64,000 nucleotides of DNA from Anaerolineales bacterium (GTDB lineage Bacteria; Chloroflexota; Anaerolineae; Anaerolineales; E44-bin32): NCBI GenBank assembly GCA_034430595.1, contig DAOUEL010000078.1, positions 141,160 through 205,159 of the forward strand, in the 5' to 3' direction. Shown here piece by piece: positions 9,787 through 19,542 of the stretch (positions are counted from its first letter, which is position 1; each line of letters begins with the position of its first letter). The position numbers and the translations under genes were made by a program. Under the pieces are notes generated by a model. It was not told where the DNA came from, did not search any database, and worked only from the letters and a program-made list of their open reading frames with translations.

Positions 9787-11679
9787 ATGGCGAAGATTAT
9801 AGGTATAGATCTGGGCACGACGAACAGTGTCGTAGCTGTTATGGAGGGTGGCGACCCGACGGTAATCCCTACCGTCGAGGGCGGTCGTCTGTGTCCTTCG
9901 GTTGTCGCATTCAACAAGGGCGGCGAACGAATGGTGGGCCAGACCGCCAAGCGCCAGGCCGTTGTCAACTCCGAAAACACAATCTACTCGATCAAGCGCT
10001 TTATCGGCCGCCGCTTCGACGAGGTCGAGACCGAGCGCGAGATGGTGTCCTACGAAACAACCGAGGGCCCCAGCGGTGACGTTCGGGTGAAGATTCCTGC
10101 CACGAACAAGGAGTACACACCGCAGGAGATCTCGGCCATGATCCTGGCTAAGCTGAAAAGCGATGCGGAATCGTACCTGGGCGAGCCGATCACGAAAGCG
10201 GTCATCACCGTCCCGGCCTACTTCAACGATTCGCAGCGCCAGGCCACGAAGGATGCCGGAAAAATTGCCGGTCTCGAGGTGATGCGCATCATCAACGAGC
10301 CAACGGCTGCTGCGCTGGCGTACGGGCTCGATAAACAGGAGAACGAGACCATCCTGGTCTTCGACCTGGGTGGTGGCACGTTCGATGTGAGCCTGCTCGA
10401 TGTTGGTGAAGGTGTGGTCGAGGTTAAGGCGACCAACGGCGATACCCACCTGGGTGGCGATGACTGGGATCAGCGCATCCTGAGCTGGATCGCCGACGAA
10501 TTTAAGAAAGAACAGGGTATCGATCTGCGTGCCGATCGACAGGCGCTGCAGCGGCTGCGCGAGGCGTCCGAGAAGGCCAAGATCGAGCTCTCGACGGTAA
10601 CCGAGACCGAGATCAACCTGCCGTTCATCACCGCTGATGCCTCCGGCCCGAAGCACCTGCAGATGAAGCTGACACGGGCGAAGTTTGAGCAACTGACCGA
10701 AGACCTGGTCGATCGCATTCGCGGGCCGTTCGAGGCCGTCCTCAAGGACGGTAACGTAAAGACCAACGAGATGGACGAGGTGGTGCTGGTCGGTGGTGCG
10801 ACCCGTATGCCGATGGTGCAGGAGCTGGTACGCAACATGACCGGCAAAGAGCCTCACAAGGGCGTCAACCCGGACGAAGTTGTCGCGGTTGGCGCCGCCA
10901 TCCAGGGCGGTGTGCTGGCGGGCGAGGTGAAGGACGTCCTGCTGCTCGATGTCACGCCGCTTTCGCTCGGTGTCGAAACTCTGGGCGGCGTCATGACGAC
11001 GCTGATCGAGCGCAACACGACGATCCCGATCGAGAAGACCGAGGTCTTTTCGACCGCAGAAGATAGCCAGACAGCGGTCGACATCCATGTGCTGCAGGGT
11101 GAACGGCCTATGGCGACTGACAACATGACCCTGGGCCGCTTCCGGCTGGAAGGTATTCCGCCGGCGCCGCGCGGCGTCCCGCAGGTTGAAGTGACGTTTG
11201 ATATCGATGCCAACGGCATCCTTAACGTGACGGCCAAGGACCGCGCCAGCGGCAAGCAGCAGAAGGTGACGATCACCGCCTCCACCAACCTGGACAAAGG
11301 TGACGTGGAGCGGATGGTCCAGGAGGCCAAGTCGCACGAGGCCGATGACAAGCATCGGCGTGAACTGGCCGATGCCCGCAACGCAGGCGATACGCTGGCC
11401 TACCAGGCCGAGAAGACGCTGCGTGAGCTGGGGGACAAGGTCCCGGCGAGTGATCGATCACAGATCGAATCGAAGATCGCCGACCTGCGGCAAGCGCTGC
11501 AGGGTGATGACCTGGCCGAGATCAAGCGCCTGACTGAAGCCGTGCAGCAAGCCAGCTATGCACTGAGCCAGCAGCTCTATGCTCAAAACGCACAGCCGGA
11601 GGAACAAACCAATGGCGGCAGCACTCCTGAAGGTGAAGATAAAGGTGATGTCGTTGAAGGCGAGTTCCGCGAAGCCTGA
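9787..11679 (+). CDS. dnaK: Chaperone DnaK (Hsp70)
   Basis: [46 protein letters not shown]. Confidence 0.99.
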   Translation: MAKIIGIDLGTTNSVVAVMEGGDPTVIPTVEGGRLCPSVVAFNKGGERMVGQTAKRQAVVNSENTIYSIKRFIGRRFDEVETEREMVSYETTEGPSGDVRVKIPATNKEYTPQEISAMILAKLKSDAESYLGEPITKAVITVPAYFNDSQRQATKDAGKIAGLEVMRIINEPTAAALAYGLDKQENETILVFDLGGGTFDVSLLDVGEGVVEVKATNGDTHLGGDDWDQRILSWIADEFKKEQGIDLRADRQALQRLREASEKAKIELSTVTETEINLPFITADASGPKHLQMKLTRAKFEQLTEDLVDRIRGPFEAVLKDGNVKTNEMDEVVLVGGATRMPMVQELVRNMTGKEPHKGVNPDEVVAVGAAIQGGVLAGEVKDVLLLDVTPLSLGVETLGGVMTTLIERNTTIPIEKTEVFSTAEDSQTAVDIHVLQGERPMATDNMTLGRFRLEGIPPAPRGVPQVEVTFDIDANGILNVTAKDRASGKQQKVTITASTNLDKGDVERMVQEAKSHEADDKHRRELADARNAGDTLAYQAEKTLRELGDKVPASDRSQIESKIADLRQALQGDDLAEIKRLTEAVQQASYALSQQLYAQNAQPEEQTNGGSTPEGEDKGDVVEGEFREA

Positions 11680-11707
11680 TCAATAACAGGTTTGATCGAA
11701 ACGTGAC

Positions 11708-11736
11708 GGAAGCCCGGAGATTTCCCCCGGGCTTCC
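11708..11736 (+). terminator. Hairpin after dnaK, probable intrinsic terminator
   Basis: GGAAGCCCGG-N9-CCGGGCTTCC perfect 10-bp stem followed by GCTGTTT. Confidence 0.6.
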
Positions 11737-11818
11737 GCTGTTTAAGCCTATGGTAAACTCCCTGCGTGAGGGAACGTGAGTTTTTCCGCGAACATAGGAC
11801 AATCGTCCAAAGGTCGTC

Positions 11819-11848
11819 TTGAACGGGGTTTCTCGCCCGGGCTATAAT
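11819..11848 (+). promoter_or_regulatory. Sigma70-like promoter for ilvE
   Basis: TTGAAC-N18-TATAAT about 70 bp upstream of a GTG start with RBS AGGAGGT. Confidence 0.55.
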
Positions 11849-11918
11849 GGGGCAGAGTCGCATTATTGAAGTGCATTTCGGCGCTTAGAGCTCAAGGACC
11901 AACAGGAGGTTAAACGCA

Positions 11919-12866
11919 GTGACGCTCCCCAAGTTTGCTTACTTTCAAGGCAAGATCGTCCCCTATAGTGAAGCAAAAGTCGGCGTCATGACCCACGCGT
12001 TGAACTACGGCACCGGCGCGTTTGGAGGCGTACGGGGATATTGGAACGAGGAACACGAGCAGCTTTACGTATTCCGTCCCGCTGATCACTACACGCGGCT
12101 GTTAAATTCTGCCAAATTATTGGCAGCCGAGATCAATTACACGATCGAAGACCTGACACGCATCACGCTTGAGTTGGTCCGGAAAGAAGGCTACAACGAG
12201 GACATCTATATCCGCCCCTTGATCTACAAGGCGGACGAGATCATCGGCGTCAAGCTGCATGGCTTGCGTGATGAATTAACCATCTTCGCCGTTCCGTTTT
12301 CGCGTTACATCGAGAAGGATGACGGAGCGCATGTCACGTTCTCGTCCTGGCGTCGGATCGACGACAACGCTATCCCGGCGCGCGGCAAACTCACCGGAGC
12401 CTACATTAATTCGGCGTTCATCAAGACTGACGCGGTGCGTTCCGGTTTTGATGAGGCGCTGGTGCTGAACAACGACGGGCATGTCTCGGAAGGCAGCGCC
12501 ATGAATTTCTTCATGCTGCGTGATGGCGTACTGATCACTCCACCCGTGACAGATAATATTCTGGAAGGCATCACCCGCCGCTCAATCATGACGCTGGCCG
12601 AACAGGAATTAGGCTTGACGGTCAAGGAACGCTCAATCGATAAAACCGAAGTCTTCTTATGCGAAGAAGCCTTCCTGACCGGCACCGCCGCCCAAGTGAC
12701 AGCTGTCACGATGGTCGATCATCGACCGATCGGTAATGGTGTCATGGGACCGGCGACGACCCGACTGCGCCAGATTTTTGATGATGTTGTACGCGGCCGC
12801 GTCCCGCGTTATAAAGGTTGGCTCGAGACGGTATATGTGACCGAGACGGCGATGAGCATAAAATGA
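11919..12866 (+). CDS. ilvE: Branched-chain amino acid aminotransferase
   Basis: HALNYGTGAFGGVRGY, GKLTGAY (PLP Lys), EGSAMNFF, ILEGITR, GTAAQV; GTG start. Confidence 0.95.
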   Translation: MTLPKFAYFQGKIVPYSEAKVGVMTHALNYGTGAFGGVRGYWNEEHEQLYVFRPADHYTRLLNSAKLLAAEINYTIEDLTRITLELVRKEGYNEDIYIRPLIYKADEIIGVKLHGLRDELTIFAVPFSRYIEKDDGAHVTFSSWRRIDDNAIPARGKLTGAYINSAFIKTDAVRSGFDEALVLNNDGHVSEGSAMNFFMLRDGVLITPPVTDNILEGITRRSIMTLAEQELGLTVKERSIDKTEVFLCEEAFLTGTAAQVTAVTMVDHRPIGNGVMGPATTRLRQIFDDVVRGRVPRYKGWLETVYVTETAMSIK

Positions 12867-12942
12867 CACGCCTCCCGGCAAGGTCAAATTCCTGCCCGTA
12901 GCCCGAACAGCACCAGAATCTCTTGTTTCTGCCTGGATTGGC

Positions 12943-13845
12943 ATGGAATACCATCCTCCGCGATCGGCCGGACTGGCAATCGATCTCTTTGCAATTTTCG
13001 CACTGCTGACAGCAGCGCTGTTCGGATTGATTCAAGTCTCACGCGCCTCACTCTCCCTCTTAACCGTGCTCTGGATCCTGCTGCCGCTGCTCGGGGTGCC
13101 GCTGAGTTTGTTCTTGCTCTATGATCTCTATGGCCTGTTGACCGCACGCTACCTCCTCGACCGGGATGGACTGCGGGTGCGCTGGGGTTGGGCCGTCGAG
13201 CAGCTGCCAATCGGGAAGATTCGCTCCATGCGAGCTATTGGCCGGCAGGAAGGCTTATCGCTGCTTGCAAGCGGGGTGCGCTGGCCTGTGACTACGGTCG
13301 GATCCTCGCAGTCGGAGGGCGGGGCAAAACTTGATTACTTCCTGGGACTGGGAAGCGAAGATCTGGTGCTGGTCGAAGGAGACGGCCGTATAATTCTCCT
13401 CTCCCCGGTGACCGCGGCCGGATTTCTCGAGACCTACCAACAAGCGACAATGCTCGGCTCGCTGCAGCCGATGCAGGCCCTATCCCAGCGCCCGCGTTTT
13501 GCGGTGATGGAGCTTCTGGCTGACCGAGTTGGGCGACTGCTCCTGCTGGCTGGAATCGCGCTTCCTCTGATCCTGCTTGGCTATCTCGCTGTGCGCGTCC
13601 CCGATCTGCCAGCCCAGGTCCCCTTCGGCTTCAATCCTCAGGGATTGCCGGAGACGTTCGCTCCGCCCGGGCGGCTGCTGCTGCTGCCGCTGATAAGCAG
13701 CCTATGCTGGTTGTTCAACTTCAGCCTTGGGTTGTGGTTGTACCGCCAGCCGGCGCAGCGGCTGCTTGCCTACGCACTCTGGATGGCCTCAATCATCGTT
13801 GGGCTTTTATTCTGGGGGGCAATGCTCCACCTGTTGAGCGCCTGA
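12943..13845 (+). CDS. Membrane protein with bacterial PH-like domain and C-terminal DUF1648-like TM hairpin
   Basis: TM pair, YLLDRDGLRVRWG, LPAQVPFGFNPQGLP. Confidence 0.65.
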   Translation: MEYHPPRSAGLAIDLFAIFALLTAALFGLIQVSRASLSLLTVLWILLPLLGVPLSLFLLYDLYGLLTARYLLDRDGLRVRWGWAVEQLPIGKIRSMRAIGRQEGLSLLASGVRWPVTTVGSSQSEGGAKLDYFLGLGSEDLVLVEGDGRIILLSPVTAAGFLETYQQATMLGSLQPMQALSQRPRFAVMELLADRVGRLLLLAGIALPLILLGYLAVRVPDLPAQVPFGFNPQGLPETFAPPGRLLLLPLISSLCWLFNFSLGLWLYRQPAQRLLAYALWMASIIVGLLFWGAMLHLLSA

Positions 13846-13851
13846 CGGATT

Positions 13852-13903
13852 TTATCCACAGCTGCCGTTGGATTATCCACAGGTTTCTTGCGGGTTATCC
13901 ACA
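13852..13903 (+). promoter_or_regulatory. Cluster of three perfect DnaA boxes
   Basis: TTATCCACA at 13852, 13873 and 13895, same orientation, in an 82-bp intergenic gap. Confidence 0.8.
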
Positions 13904-13927
13904 GCCTGATCACACGGAGTCCACAAT

Positions 13928-14704
13928 TTGCTGTATCAAGGCCTGATTCTGGGCTTTATCATCTCAGGCATCGCCTACGCCGCTGGCGCGCTCTCTGGCA
14001 GCGGAATGGTCGCCGCCGGGCTATTGGGTGGAATTACGTTCGGCCTGGGCGGTCTCCCCCCTTCCCTGCTGCTGCTGTGGTTCTTCCTGAGCTCAAGCCT
14101 GCTGACCCGCCTGTTCCATAAAAGAAAAAGGGCTGTCAACCTCGAGTACGCCAAGGGTGGCCCCAGAGACCTGCCCCAGGTCCTGGCCAACGGAGGTGTC
14201 GCCGGGGTGGCGCTTGTGGTCTATGTCCTGGGAGGTCTGCAGCCAGCGCAATACGCGTTTGTCGGGGCGCTGGCGGTGGCCAATGCCGACACCTGGGCGA
14301 CAGAGTTGGGCGTACTCTCGCGCCGTCTGCCTCGCTTGTTAACGAATGGAAGACAGGTCCCTGCTGGAACCTCGGGTGCGGTGAGTGGGGTGGGATTTAT
14401 CGCCGCTCTCGCAGGTGCGGGGACGATCGCGTGCCTGGCTGGCTGGCTCTTTGCGGATCTGTGGCTTATACCCGCGGCGATGATAGCCGGATTTCTGGGC
14501 TCTGACCTGGATAGTTATCTTGGCGCATGCTGCCAGCGGGTCTATTATTGTCCTGCTTGCCAGAAAGAAACCGAAAAGCACCCGCACCATTCCTGCGGAG
14601 CGGCGACCGAGGTGTTGCGCGGTCCCGCCTGGCTGGGTAACGATGCGGTTAACGCGCTGGCAACGCTGCTTGGAGCAGTGCTTGCGGCTGTGTTCATGCT
14701 CTGA
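13928..14704 (+). CDS. DUF92 (TMEM19-like) membrane protein
   Basis: GGPRDLPQVLANGG, ADTWATELG, VPAGTSGAVS; TTG start. Confidence 0.88.
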   Translation: MLYQGLILGFIISGIAYAAGALSGSGMVAAGLLGGITFGLGGLPPSLLLLWFFLSSSLLTRLFHKRKRAVNLEYAKGGPRDLPQVLANGGVAGVALVVYVLGGLQPAQYAFVGALAVANADTWATELGVLSRRLPRLLTNGRQVPAGTSGAVSGVGFIAALAGAGTIACLAGWLFADLWLIPAAMIAGFLGSDLDSYLGACCQRVYYCPACQKETEKHPHHSCGAATEVLRGPAWLGNDAVNALATLLGAVLAAVFML

Positions 14705-14731
14705 GCCAGGTTGCAGCCGAGGAGGTCCAGC

Positions 14732-14935
14732 ATGGAAGGAAGCCGTGAACAGATCAGGCGACTTCTAAAGACGTTCGGCATCGAGGCAGACGAGGCTATG
14801 ATCGCCCATGTTGCCCGACTGCCCGGGAAGAAAGCGCTCCGCATCCGGCTCGTCCTGGACGATCTTACCGACTACGGTACGAACCCGCCGGAGATTCCGC
14901 TGCACCTCGAGATCGAGGGAGTGATCGAAGGCTGA
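14732..14935 (+). CDS. Small hypothetical protein (67 aa)
   Basis: GGAGG RBS ahead of ATG 14732; SREQIRRLLKTFGIEADEAM helix; lies between two same-strand genes. Confidence 0.65.
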   Translation: MEGSREQIRRLLKTFGIEADEAMIAHVARLPGKKALRIRLVLDDLTDYGTNPPEIPLHLEIEGVIEG

Positions 14936-15007
14936 TCATGGCCAGTACTTCTCGGCCGGCCGCCTCGCTCGCGCAATGGCTCCCGGTGGTGGGGCCTGGA
15001 GGGTGTT

Positions 15008-16261
15008 ATGCCGAATGCTGATGTGCTCGGATTGATCCTCGGAGGAGGCCGCGGCTCGCGCTTGTGGCCATTGACCAAGCTGCGGGCGAAACCTGCCGTC
15101 CCCATCGGCGGGAAATACCGCCTGGTCGACATTCCGCTCAGCAACTGCCTCAACTCAGGGATAAACCGCATCGCGGTCATGACCCAGTTTAATTCCGTAT
15201 CGCTGCACCGCCATATCACGCAAACCTACAACTTCGATCTCTTTCACTCCGGTTGGGTTCAAATCCTGGCTGCTGAGCAGACTCTTACCAGTCATGATTG
15301 GTACCAGGGAACAGCCGACGCCGTTCGCAAGCAGATGTCCGAGATCGAAGTGACCGGTGCGCGGGACGTGCTCATCCTGGCCGGCGACCATCTTTACCGC
15401 ATGGATTACCGCGATATGATCGAGCGCCACCTGCAGGCGGAAGCCGATGTCACGGTGGCCGTCAAGCCGGTTGCGCCGCAAGAAGCGGGGCGCTTTGGCG
15501 TTCTTAAACAGGATCAGGATGGCCGCATCACCGCCTTCATCGAGAAGCCGCAAGAAGAGTCGGTCCTGCAGGCGTTTGCCAGCCGCCCGGACGAAGCGCG
15601 CCCATATTTGGGCTCGATGGGTATCTACATCTTTAAAAGGGACGTCCTGGCTGAGCTGCTCGAATCCGAACACGACGATTTCGGTGGGGATGTACTGCCG
15701 GCGGCGATTGAATCACACCGGGTGTTTGGCTATTGTTTCGATGATTACTGGGAGGACATCGGCACAATCGAGGCTTTCTACCGCGCCAACCTGGCGCTGA
15801 CCGAGGCAGTACCGCCCTTTAGCTTTCATGACCCGGTAAGCCCGATTTACACCCGGCCGCGCTTTCTACCCGGTTCCCGCATCTATAACGTATGTCTCGA
15901 TCGGGTCAAACTAGCGGATGGCTGTGTCATCGAGGGCGCCGAAATTCAGAACGCGGTTATCGGTATCCGCAGCATCATCTCGGAAGATGTCATTCTGCGC
16001 GATTCGGTCATGATGGGAGCCGACTACTACGAGGGCGAACGGGAGCAGGTTCAACCTGACGTTCCTCCGATTGGGATCGGGCGCGGCTCTCGCATCGCCG
16101 GCGCCATTATCGATAAGAACGCTCGCATCGGGGCCGGCGTGGTCATCGAGCCGCACTACGGCCAACCTGATGTTGATACCGAATCATGGTCGATTCGCGA
16201 CGGGATCGTTGTTATCCCGAAGCACGCCGTCGTTCCCGCAGGAACCGTCCTCGTTCCTTAA
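15008..16261 (+). CDS. glgC: Glucose-1-phosphate adenylyltransferase
   Basis: ILGGGRGSRLWPLTKLRAKPAVPIGGKYRL, WYQGTADAV, ILAGDHLYRMDY, YWEDIGTI. Confidence 0.97.
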   Translation: MPNADVLGLILGGGRGSRLWPLTKLRAKPAVPIGGKYRLVDIPLSNCLNSGINRIAVMTQFNSVSLHRHITQTYNFDLFHSGWVQILAAEQTLTSHDWYQGTADAVRKQMSEIEVTGARDVLILAGDHLYRMDYRDMIERHLQAEADVTVAVKPVAPQEAGRFGVLKQDQDGRITAFIEKPQEESVLQAFASRPDEARPYLGSMGIYIFKRDVLAELLESEHDDFGGDVLPAAIESHRVFGYCFDDYWEDIGTIEAFYRANLALTEAVPPFSFHDPVSPIYTRPRFLPGSRIYNVCLDRVKLADGCVIEGAEIQNAVIGIRSIISEDVILRDSVMMGADYYEGEREQVQPDVPPIGIGRGSRIAGAIIDKNARIGAGVVIEPHYGQPDVDTESWSIRDGIVVIPKHAVVPAGTVLVP

Positions 16262-16298
16262 ATTCACCGTCTTCTCGTTACAGCATGAAACACCCCAT

Positions 16299-17495
16299 TT
16301 AAGCTCTCTGCGTAACCCGAATGCGTGTCACCGCCAGCATCGCCAGGGCGAGGAAGATGGCGCTGAAGATCCAGATCCAGCGGTGGTCGGTGAGGTCGAT
16401 CAGCCAGCCGGCCAGAATGGGACCGGTGATCGCGGCGGCGGAAGAGGCGAAATAGTACAGGCCGGTGTAAACGCCGATGCTGCCTTCGTCACCGAGGTCA
16501 TAAACCATCGGCAGCGAGTTGATGTTGACCAATGCCCAGAAGGCACCCATCAGCGCCAGCGTTACCAGCAGCATGGTTGAATCGCGAATGAAGAACCCGG
16601 CCACCAGGCCGAGCAGCATCCCGGCCAGGCCGGCCATGATGGTCGGTTTACGGCCGATGCGTGTGGCCAGCAGGCCGCTGGGGATGGCGAAGAGGATCAG
16701 CGTGGCCGCAAAGGCGGTCAGCATTTGGGTTCCGGAACCGACATCAATCCCCAGCACGTTGCGGGCGTAGATGGTGAAGAAGGCTTCCATCGCATTCCAG
16801 CCGACGAACCAGAAAAAGATCGCGCTCAGCAGCGCCAGTGGGCTGTATTCTGGCCCGCGCAGCACGCTCTGAATACTTGCCCACAGGCCAGGAGCGGCGA
16901 CGGCGGCTTCCGGCTCGGGCAGTGCGGGTTCACGCACCGCCAGCACGACTACCAGGATCGCCAGCACCATGATCCCAGCGCCGACGATGAACGGCAAGGG
17001 CACGCCGAGCTTGTACAGCGCCCCGCCGCCGAAAAGCGCTACCGCCCCACCCAGGCCGCCCATCAGGTTGATCACGCCGTTCGCCTTGCTGCGATCCACC
17101 GGCTTAAAGAGATCGCCCAGATAGGCGATCGTTGGAGAGCGGAAGACCGCCATACCAAGATTTGTGCCCAGGATCGCCAACGCGATCAAGATAAAGTTCT
17201 CGCGCACGAACGGCACCAGGATGAAGAACAGCCCGGCAGCAGGCGCACCGAACATCAGGAACGGTTTACGGCGTCCAAAGCGCGAGCGGGTGCGGTCCGA
17301 CAGGCTGCCCACCCAGGGCTGGACGAACATGTTGATGATGTTATCCCAGGTGAGGATGAATCCGACGGCCAACGCGGAAAGCCCGAGATCCTCCAGCATT
17401 GGGGGAATCAGGCTGTTGAAGAGCGGCCAGATGATGCTGATGCCAAAAAAGCCAAATCCAAGCAGAAAAGTGCGCCGGTATGGAAAGCCTTCCAT
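16299..17495 (-). CDS. MFS sugar transporter (maltose/SLC45-like)
   Basis: GSLSDRTRSRFGRRKPF, ANGVINLMGGLG, YTGLYYF; ATG 17495 with RBS GAGGAGGT. Confidence 0.85.
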   Translation of the reverse strand: MEGFPYRRTFLLGFGFFGISIIWPLFNSLIPPMLEDLGLSALAVGFILTWDNIINMFVQPWVGSLSDRTRSRFGRRKPFLMFGAPAAGLFFILVPFVRENFILIALAILGTNLGMAVFRSPTIAYLGDLFKPVDRSKANGVINLMGGLGGAVALFGGGALYKLGVPLPFIVGAGIMVLAILVVVLAVREPALPEPEAAVAAPGLWASIQSVLRGPEYSPLALLSAIFFWFVGWNAMEAFFTIYARNVLGIDVGSGTQMLTAFAATLILFAIPSGLLATRIGRKPTIMAGLAGMLLGLVAGFFIRDSTMLLVTLALMGAFWALVNINSLPMVYDLGDEGSIGVYTGLYYFASSAAAITGPILAGWLIDLTDHRWIWIFSAIFLALAMLAVTRIRVTQRA

Positions 17496-17524
17496 GGTGC
17501 CCACCTCCTCGATGAGTGCTTGAT

Positions 17525-17538
17525 TGTAAACGCTAGCC
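17525..17538. promoter_or_regulatory. Possible LacI-family/cre-like operator upstream of the sugar MFS gene
   Basis: TGTAAACGCTAGCC matches 13 of 14 positions of TGWAARCGYTWNCW and lies 30 bp from the start codon. Confidence 0.35.
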
Positions 17539-17756
17539 CAGAGGGTGCAAGTGCTTTGAACCATGGTTGACCCTCTCCAGTATGAGATATACAATGCAGT
17601 ACATCAGTGCACCGTTCAGGTGCATTTACTGCGCGCCGTCATCTTCAGACGGAGCGCAGTATAGTTATCATTCAGGAGGGAGGTGGTGGAAAGTAAAGAG
17701 AGGTAACCGATATCCTTGTACCACCTAGACACCCTTGAATTCAGGAGGAGAATACT

Positions 17757-19445
17757 GTGAAACGCCGAAAGATATTTATGCTTCTAAGCCTGCTCGTACT
17801 GGCCAGCATGATTCTCACGGCCTGCGGTACGCCGGCGACGGAAGCCCCTGCTGCTCAGCCCACGGAAGCGCCAATGGCCGAATTTGTGGGCAACAGTCTG
17901 GCCGCGCCGAACTGCGACTACGGCGGACTCTTCAAGAAAATTGAAGCCGTCGACCGCTATACCGTGGTCTTCGAGCTGTGCAACCCATTCCCGCCCTTTC
18001 TCGCAACGGTGGCCTTCAGCGTCTTCTCGATCTATCCCGAGGAGTGGATCGCTGCGACAGCCGGCGCCGAGACCCGCACGACCGAGGGCCTCGATAACCC
18101 GGTCGGCACCGGGCCGTACATGGTGAAGGACTGGGTGCGCGGCGAGAGCCTGACCTTCGAACGCAACCCGTATTACTATGGCGATCCCGCAATCCCAAGC
18201 ACGCTGGTCTTCCGCTGGAACTCCGAAGGCGCAGCCCGGTTGCTTGAACTGCAGGCTGGCACGGTAGATGGCATCGACAACCCGAGCCCGGACGATTTCC
18301 CGGTCATCGCAGCTGATGACAGCCTGAATCTCGTGAACCGCCCAGCGCTGAACATCTTCTACGTTGGCATCACCAACACCTTTGCACCGTTCGATGACGT
18401 TCACGTCCGCCAGGCAGTTGCGATGGGCATCGACCGGCAGCGCATCGTTGACAACTTCTACCCGCCAGGGTCCGAGGTTGCCACGCACTTCACGCCCTGC
18501 TCGATCCCGAACGGCTGCGCCGGTGATGACTGGTATGCCTTCGATCCGGAAGCCGCACGGGCTTTGCTGGCTGACGCCGGCTACCCGGATGGCTTTGAAA
18601 CCACCATCTACTATCGTGATGTCTTCCGCAGCTACCTGCCCGAGCCCGGCCGCGTGGCTGAAGAGCTCCAGGCACAGCTGGCCGACAACCTGAACATCAC
18701 CGCCAAAATCGAGGTGATGGAATCAGGTGCCTTCATCGAAGCCTCCAGCGTTGGCAGCTTGAACGGCCTACACCTGCTCGGCTGGGGTGCGGACTATCCA
18801 CACGTGTACAACTTCCTAGACTTCCACTTCGGACGTAATGGCGAGCAGTTCGGCACGCCGTATCCTGACGTGTACGAGAACCTGGAAGCCGGGTCGCAGA
18901 TTGTGGACCCGAAGGAAGCTGAGCCGTACTATGTGGCTGCAAACAACGCCATCAAGGAAAACGTTCCGATGGTGCCGATCGCCCATGGTGGTTCGGGCGT
19001 TGCCTACCGCGCCGATGTTGAAGGCGCCCAGGCCAGCCCGCTCGGCAACGAGTACTTCGCGGTGATGGATCCCGGTGGACGCGATACCTTCGTCTGGATG
19101 CAGAACGCTGAGCCGATCAGCCTGTTCTGCGCTGATGAAACCGACGGCGAATCGCTGCGCGCTTGCGAGCAGGTAACACAGGCGCTATACGGCTACGAAA
19201 TCGGTGGCACAGCTACTGAGCCGCAGCTGGCAACCTCCTGCGAGCCGAATGATACGCTCGATGTCTGGACCTGCACCCTGCGTGAAGGCGTGAAGTTCTC
19301 GGACGGATCGTCCTTCGACGCCAATGATGTTGTCGCCACGTTCACGATGGGCCTGGATGCCTCCAGCCCGCTGCACGTCGGCAACACCAATGTCTGGGAT
19401 TACTACGACTATCTCTGGGGCCTGATGAACGTTCCTGCTGAGTAG
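17757..19445 (+). CDS. dppA: Peptide ABC transporter substrate-binding lipoprotein, family 5, circularly permuted
   Basis: Lipobox LTAC; NPVGTGPY, PFDDVHVRQA, FDPEAARALLADAG; the usual N-terminal segment (PQLATS...WTCTLREGVKFSDG...FDANDVV) is at the C-terminus. Confidence 0.92.
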   Translation: MKRRKIFMLLSLLVLASMILTACGTPATEAPAAQPTEAPMAEFVGNSLAAPNCDYGGLFKKIEAVDRYTVVFELCNPFPPFLATVAFSVFSIYPEEWIAATAGAETRTTEGLDNPVGTGPYMVKDWVRGESLTFERNPYYYGDPAIPSTLVFRWNSEGAARLLELQAGTVDGIDNPSPDDFPVIAADDSLNLVNRPALNIFYVGITNTFAPFDDVHVRQAVAMGIDRQRIVDNFYPPGSEVATHFTPCSIPNGCAGDDWYAFDPEAARALLADAGYPDGFETTIYYRDVFRSYLPEPGRVAEELQAQLADNLNITAKIEVMESGAFIEASSVGSLNGLHLLGWGADYPHVYNFLDFHFGRNGEQFGTPYPDVYENLEAGSQIVDPKEAEPYYVAANNAIKENVPMVPIAHGGSGVAYRADVEGAQASPLGNEYFAVMDPGGRDTFVWMQNAEPISLFCADETDGESLRACEQVTQALYGYEIGGTATEPQLATSCEPNDTLDVWTCTLREGVKFSDGSSFDANDVVATFTMGLDASSPLHVGNTNVWDYYDYLWGLMNVPAE

Positions 19446-19481
19446 GATGTTTGTGAGGTCTCAGCCCGGGTAACCCTGACT

Positions 19482-19520
19482 ATGACGCGGGATGGACCTG
19501 AAAAGGCCATCCCGCGTCAT
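19482..19520 (+). terminator. Intercistronic 14-bp stem-loop after the binding-protein gene (mRNA stabiliser or partial terminator)
   Basis: ATGACGCGGGATGG ... CCATCCCGCGTCAT perfect inverted repeat. Confidence 0.7.
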
Positions 19521-19542
19521 CCTTGCCAAGCCCTAAGGTGAA

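Noticed and set aside
9754-11355. 533-aa ORF antisense to dnaK
   Set aside because: Long antisense frames opposite hsp70 genes are a known by-product of sense-strand codon bias (the source of spurious 'NAD-glutamate dehydrogenase' annotations); there is no RBS and no protein-like motif.
11820-11833. GAAC-GGGG-TTTC resembling a Gram-positive-type LexA box
   Set aside because: It mismatches a conserved position, coincides with the -35 element, and ilvE is not an expected SOS gene.
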